The notes under the pieces were generated by a model. That model saw nothing but the letters and a program-made list of their open reading frames with translations. It did not search any database and was not told the origin of the DNA. The position numbers and the translations under genes were made by a program. This document shows, piece by piece, positions 50,597-56,943 of a stretch of DNA of 56,943 bases (position 1 is the first letter of the stretch; each line of letters opens with the position of its first letter). The stretch is from Prorocentrum cordatum (taxonomy: Eukaryota), in the NCBI GenBank assembly GCA_963575745.1, contig CAUYUJ010000052.1, positions 62,001 through 118,943 of the forward strand, given 5' to 3'.

Positions 50597-53500
50597 CTCA
50601 CTCCCTCACTCCCTCCATCCTGTGGCATCCCTTCACACCCAGTGCTGGCGCTGCTCCTCTTGTCTGGGCGCGCGGACCAGTCGCGCATGTTTCTGCCGCG
50701 CCGCCCTGCATTCCACTGGCTCTGGCCGTGGGCACGAAGGGGACGCGGTCTAAGCACGGCCAGATGACGACTCAGAGGAAAAGCGTGGCAATACCAATCA
50801 GCATCGAATCGGCAAATCGGATCGGACCGGCCCGAGCGTGGGATCGAGGCCGCGTCGGCACGGAGTCGGCATCGAAACGACCCCGCCGCACCACCTGCCC
50901 AGCTGCAAAACTCACGACGTCGGGGGGCAAGGGCAGGAGGGGGGGGAGGGGAAGGACGATGAAGAGGAGAATGGCACAGAGGAGGAGGAGGAGGAGGAGG
51001 AGGAGCAGGAGGAGGAGGAGGAGGAGGCGGAGCCACTTACCCTGCCCACTGGGCGCCCTGGAACGGCACACCACAGCCACCGTCGTATAATTCCTCCCGG
51101 ATCACCCCCCGAATGTGCCACACCCTCCCGCCTCCCACTTCCTCTTGCCATTCACGCTCTTCCATCCCCATCGTCGGCAGTCGGTCCCAGAAGGTTCCCA
51201 ACGGGCTACGAACGAAACCACACACAAACAAACACTCCATCCTCCGCTGATCTCTTCGGTTCCCCTCCCTCCTCCCCAGACTTCCGATGTCTTGTCCCCA
51301 GTCCTCCTCGCTTTCTCCCAGTCCTCCTCGCTTTCTCTCCGCAGCGCCGCGCTCCCGTCTTCTCCCCGTCCTCCTCCCTCCCCCCTCCTCCCGACCATCC
51401 TCGCGACTCCTGCCGCTGCAACTTCCCGCCCCCGCTGCGCAAACCTCCCTCGTGGCCCGTCCGCTCTCAAACTCCCCGGCCCTCGGCGCCTGGCCGCACA
51501 CTTCCCCGTCGGGTCGCACGAGAAGGGGGGTAACAACGGGGCGGTTCGCGAATCAACGCACACAGTGAACTGACGTTCCCGACGACCCAGCACCAGCGTG
51601 TCGAGAAGAGCGCCCGGCGACGGCGACGAAATCACCCGTGTGCGGCAGCGTTCTTACCAACCCCCGTGGCCCAGCCCACCTCTTTCGTCAGTCCCGAGTG
51701 GTCGTCGTTGTTTGGATCCCGGGCAATATCTGACTCGTGCCCCCTGTGGCGCCACGAAGATCCGATGCCGTTTTTTCATCAAAAGTCCCACCACTTTACC
51801 AGGTGGCCGGATTTTCCTCTCGAGAAGTCTTCTTTGTGGCCCCGGGGCCTGGCGAAGGCCCTCCAAAGACCAAGAACGGCCCAAACACCTCCTGTCTTTA
51901 CGGATGTTTTCACGGCGCTGGCAGGTACGGGCCCTTTCCCAGTCCCCCGCCCTCTCGGTCCCACGCGAAGCTGACCGCGCCTTCCCTCCGTGACGACCCG
52001 AATCTTTGGCTGGGCAACCGGCCCAGCCCGGGAGGCACCGCGCCGGCGGCGACCTCTAAGTCGGCCCAGGGGAGGCGGCAGGGGCCGCCGTCTCACGCCT
52101 CGTCGCATTCAGCCTCGGCACGCGGTAAGGGCAGGGGGACGATCCAACCAAAACTCCCACGATGCACTCATTGTTTCCGCCGGGGCGTTTCTCCCGCGTT
52201 CCAGCCTCATGTTCCTCCTCCTCGTGGCGACGCATACTTTGAAAAAGCTGACCACCATCGCCCGGCATCCCTGACCTGCGAAGGCATACGCTTGAAAACC
52301 ACGAACACTTTCAACCAGTCGAGTTCGAGTGATAGATCGTTGACAAAAAATGTGTTAATACGTTGCATACTGATTATGAAAGTTCGTTGTCTTTACACGT
52401 GGTCCTCTAGTTTGGAAAAATAAAACGTTTACGAGCGATGCTGTTTGCAATATGCTCACCAGCAGTGGAAGGCGGTTCTGATTTCCACGGTCTGGCGCAG
52501 GTTTTCGCAGAGCCCCAATCGGGACTGTGCGGTCCCAACTCGCACGCAAAGGGGTTCGAGTTTCACTGGCGTTGGAAGCGCGACGCACTGCAGCACTCCA
52601 AGGACATGCTGCCGCTTTCCTTTGGATATCCGGGCTGTCAGGAAAACAAGGCGTGGCACAAACTGCGTTTATATACGTTACATATATATATATATATATA
52701 TTAAAAATAAGTGGTCGGCATCACGATTTTCCGCGTCATTGACACATGCAAGCCCACGTGAAGCAAATTGCTGAGAACCGCTGTACAACGATGACGCGGA
52801 CGTGGTGTCTTTGAAAACGAGAAACAAGACGTTGCCGTATCGAACAATATGCCGTCGACGGAACATTACATTGCAAGTCCACGCGCGTGGATATAAGAAC
52901 AGATCTGAAACTGGCATGGACCCAACTATGTGAAATATCTCACCTCAAAAAAACTGCAACCACGGGCGATGGCACGAACACCTGCCGACGCCGACGCGGC
53001 CCGAATGCCCCTCCCCCCCACACACACAAAAAAATGCAGCGCTCGCTGCAGATAGGGAGCCTCGGCGATAAAATGGTTGTGAGTTCGGCAGGGCAACAAA
53101 CTGCGTATGATAACGAAGGAAAACGCGGCTCGGGCACCTGCGAGCACACATATCAAAGACTTCGGTTCTTCTGGCACTCTGCGAAAGTGCCTGAATAAAG
53201 GGCATGCGAGGTTTGTGTCAATATCGCGGGATGGAAAACTTCCTCGTCGCGACTCAACACGGCACATGCCATTCACGCTAGGGCCCTGGCCGAGGGCGCG
53301 ACATGCAAAATATTCGCACTGCACTTTTTTAGAGGCGTTTCCATCTCATGCCATCCTCGGCCCAGGAAGCGGGCGATGCGGGCCAGGCCGCAGCAAAGTG
53401 CGACAGCGCATCGCTGCGCCAACGAAGAAGCAAGCACTCGCCCCGAACGACAGCGCGCAGCGCGAGGCGGCAAGGGGGTCTGGTCACGAACGCGAACACG

Positions 53501-54803
53501 CAGTTCAAGACTGCAAACACATGCGCATGAAATGAGCGGTGGAAGAACCCGCGGGCTCTCTACGAGATTCAGGACTGCTGCCGTCGCTTGAAAAGGTCAA
53601 TCTTATCAAAGGGAGCGTGGCAGCAGCCCTTGGCAGAGCCAAATCTGGCAAAGCGCGTTCACCAATGCTATCCAAACCTGCCTGCGTGGAGGCAATGGGC
53701 CTCGCGCCTGTTGAATGCCCTAAGGAAGACGAACGGGCGCTTCTGAGACTTGGTGATACGTTGACGCTTGGAGCGATAAGAGAGCTCATATCGTTCTTCG
53801 GGGAGATGCAGCGCCGGCAAACGCGCGACATATCGCAAGCGAGCTCGGCCTCGCAATCGCGAGCGCCGCGCGGATCACAACGGTCGGGCCAGCCGGCGTC
53901 AGCGCTGCGCGCGTTGTGCTCGACAGACCCAGCGAGTCCCGTGGCGGCTGCTGTTCCTGCATCGGGAACATCGGCGTCTGTCAGCAAGCACTGTGCACCT
54001 TCACAGAGATAAAGGCGTTGCGCCCCTGGCAGACCGCCGCGGCCGCAGCGCAGTCTGAGCAGCAGCCCGCAGCGACGCCGATGCAAGTGCACCAGGATGG
54101 CCCATGGGTTCATAACTAAGCCTCGCCGCAGTGGGCGACGCACGGGGCGGCGAGAAGGTGACTTGCACCGTTGCGAGCACTGCGGGCGGATTGGAGCTCA
54201 AGCCGAGCTGGGTGGAACTTGCGACGAAGCGCATCCAGCTGACATCTTCGACTAGCGCAACCCACCTCAATGTCATGGCTAGGCCTGGACCACCGGGCAA
54301 TCGCATCGCGCTAATGTTTGGCGGGCCATTTGGCAAACGCGCCGCTTGCCGAAGGCGCCCCGAAGGCGCGCTTGCCCCCGTGAGCTACAAGGCGCTGCAA
54401 GCCAAGAGAGCGTTCGAAAAGGATGGCTTTCGCCCCCGCACCAATCGAGACTTCAATCCCGCTGTGAAAAGCAAGCTGGGGACGCATCGGGCGGCCGCGC
54501 GCGCCGCCGGGGGCGCGCGGATCCGGGCGAGAATGCCACTTGCAAACCGGCCCTCGCCCCGAGAATGAAGGGGCCCCAGGACACACAAATAAATGCACAC
54601 AAATAAAAATATCCCCCATACTTTATCATATTTTCTGGGTTTCTGTCTTCCCCACCACTTCCCATATTTTCCCATATCTTCCTGGGAGTCGACGATGAAT
54701 TGCGTCTGTGTGTGTTTTTTTCCCTCCTGAGAGAAGGGCGCCCCCATCCACGCTGGCGTCGGCGGACCGCCCGGCGTCTGTCGCCGCGACGCCCCGGCAG
54801 ATC

Positions 54804-54976
54804 CTAGGGCTCCCAGCTTCGCGCTTCGCGCTTCGCGCTGCGCGAAGCGCGAATAACTTCGCGCCCTCGCGCCGCCCCCCCAAAGGGAGAATAGGAGGAC
54901 GAGGAGGAGGGGGAGAAGGAACGAGGACCGCGAAGCGCGAAGCGCGAATAACTTCGCGCCCTCGAGGGAGCCCTTG
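54804..54976. mobile_element. MITE family B, copy 4
   Basis: CAGATC duplication. Confidence 0.9.
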
Positions 54977-56707
54977 CAGATCGCAGTCGCGCCGGGCGCG
55001 GCCTTGAAACGCGGCGCCCGACGTGGGCCTGGAGATTTTGCGGGGGGCTCGGCGCCGGCGCCTCCCGACGCGACGGCCTGGCCGGCGGGGAAGGCAGCGC
55101 GCGCCGCCGAGGGCGGCGAGCTCGAACGCGGGGGGGGGAAACGTGACGACGCGTGCGCGCGCCGCTGGGTCTGCCCTGCAGAGCGAGCGATGGCTACGAG
55201 CGCTCATTATTTTACGCCGCACGGTGCGTCGCGCAAGAAATCTTCTGCATTCGTCGATGCTTTTAAGCGCGCGCAATTGCCCATGCACATGGCGTCCGCG
55301 CTGGCGCTGGGCATCTGCATCCGTCAACGCCTTCGCGACGTCATCGCGCAGCGCCGCGGCCGTTCTTCCGCGATGCCTCTACGCTGGCGCGCGCCGTTTC
55401 GCGAGCATCTGGCCCGCCCGCGTCTAATCGGCCATGTCGGTGAGGATTGCAAGCCGATTGGCCATCGTGGGCGGTGGCCTCGCGGGCCCCTGGGCGCCGC
55501 GCGCGCGGCGTCGCGCTGAGCGCGGGCCAGGAGTTCATTGCAGCCCCCGCGCATGACCTAATGTTTTATTTGTTTGTCAAACTCCCTTACTGGGGCACCG
55601 CTGCGAAGGGGCGCGCCCGGCTCGTGGGCGAGACCTCCTTCGCGGAGTTGATGTAGATGTGCGCGACAGCGTAGTGGTCCAGTGGGCGCGGGCCACCAGA
55701 AACACGAGGATGCGCTACTGCAGGACCCCACCAGAAACAAGGCCACCTCCAATCCCAACAAGCATATCGGCGAGGCAGCAGCGCCATGACTCTGCGGGGT
55801 TGCACCCCCCGCGCATCGAGCGCGAGCCCGATGTTGAAAGGACAGCAAGCAAGACTGCGACGCCATCGCAATGATGCGCTTGATCACTGCGCAAACGGCG
55901 CGCAAAGTGCGCGGGGAGTGCATCCCCAATGTCATGGCGCATATGCGCTGCGACGCACTCCTGGCGGCCCTCGAGAATCGCCGGCGGGGGGAGCGGGCGG
56001 GGCCCGCCACTGGCGCGCGCAGGATTCGGCTTGACCAGCGTCACAAGGCGGTCTTCGCCGCGACGGGGGGGCGCGCCGCCCCCGGCCGATTGCGCGCCCG
56101 AAAAGAGCCCGCGGAGTGGTCGGAGATCAGCGCCGCCCAGCGCCAAACGCGAACCTCGCAACCAAATGGTGCAGGATGGCGGCGAACGTCGGCGAGGAAA
56201 TCGCACGTCATTTTCATCATTTTTTCGCGAAAGCTTCAGAAAAGTGGATGAGCTCCGGATCCGGTTTTTTGTTGACGCTCGTTTTCCCTTGCAAAAAACA
56301 ATAGAAAATGAAAATTCTTGTTTTTACTTGATCAAATTGCAAGAATCCCTTGCAAAAAATACGGCGATGACGACGGGGCGGCGAACGTCGGCGAGGAAAT
56401 CGCACGCGGCGCGAGCGACCGCGACCGCCGACGCCGCGTCGGTCGACGCGGGGCCCTGAGGGTGCGCGCCGTCGGCAGGGCGCGCGCGCCCGCCGCGTCG
56501 CGGCGTGGCAGGGCAGCTGCGCGCCGCGCGGCGTGCGCAGAGCAATAGTAAAGGGAAATTAGGACACACAAATAAATACACACAAATAAAAATAGTCCCC
56601 ATATTTTCTCATATTTTCAGGGTTTTTGTCTTCCACCCCAATTCCCATATTTTCCCATATTTTCCTGGGAATCGAGGATTAATTGTGTCTGTGTGTTGCA
56701 GCGCGGA

Positions 56708-56882
56708 TTGGGCGTGGCTTCATGGGGGGGTCACAAATGGGGGGGTCAGAAACGGTCCCCTTTCGTGCCCCTTTCGGGCCCCTCCGAGGCCCCAGGGGGC
56801 TCGTTTGGGTACCGTTTGGGTACCTTTTCGGACCACCCTCGCCACCCCCCCATTTATGACCCCCCTATTACACAACGCCCAA
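56708..56882. mobile_element. MITE (TTGGGCGT...ACGCCCAA)
   Basis: 8-bp terminal inversion plus subterminal GGGGGGTCA(C/T)AAATGGGGG inversion. 5-bp GCGGA duplication on both sides. Confidence 0.75.
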
Positions 56883-56943
56883 GCGGAAGCGGGCGGAAAT
56901 GGGCCGGGCGGGGCGCGGGGGGGAGGGCGCGCGGGGGGGGGGT

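Overview
Repeat-dense, GC-rich eukaryotic DNA, almost certainly from a dinoflagellate. Evidence: a 21/22 match to the dinoflagellate spliced leader (SL) at 27813-27834 and in-frame GA-AG introns with AG|G junctions. A Prorocentrum-like source is only an inference. Most ORF-track entries are artefacts of GC-rich repeats. The main feature is a 14.25-kb DNA transposon (6647-20900) with imperfect CCT...AGG terminal inverted repeats, GTTATAAC subterminal repeats and a 2-bp TG target-site duplication, inserted in a satellite. It encodes a decayed CACTA/EnSpm-like DDE transposase plus about 8 cargo genes. These include a large protein with putative ParB-like and SET-like domains, an AP2-like protein and two divergent paralogous GGKG/YYD-repeat genes. 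Seven of the element's genes, including the transposase, have an SL-like sequence directly upstream on the sense strand. Elsewhere the window holds a head-to-tail array of three Helitron-like units, one carrying an intact SL-tagged intronless gene for a secreted Cys-rich protein. It also holds a decayed DIRS-like retroelement with a possible C5-methyltransferase remnant, LINE fragments, several MITE families and satellites. All domain calls come from motif recognition by eye, not from searches.
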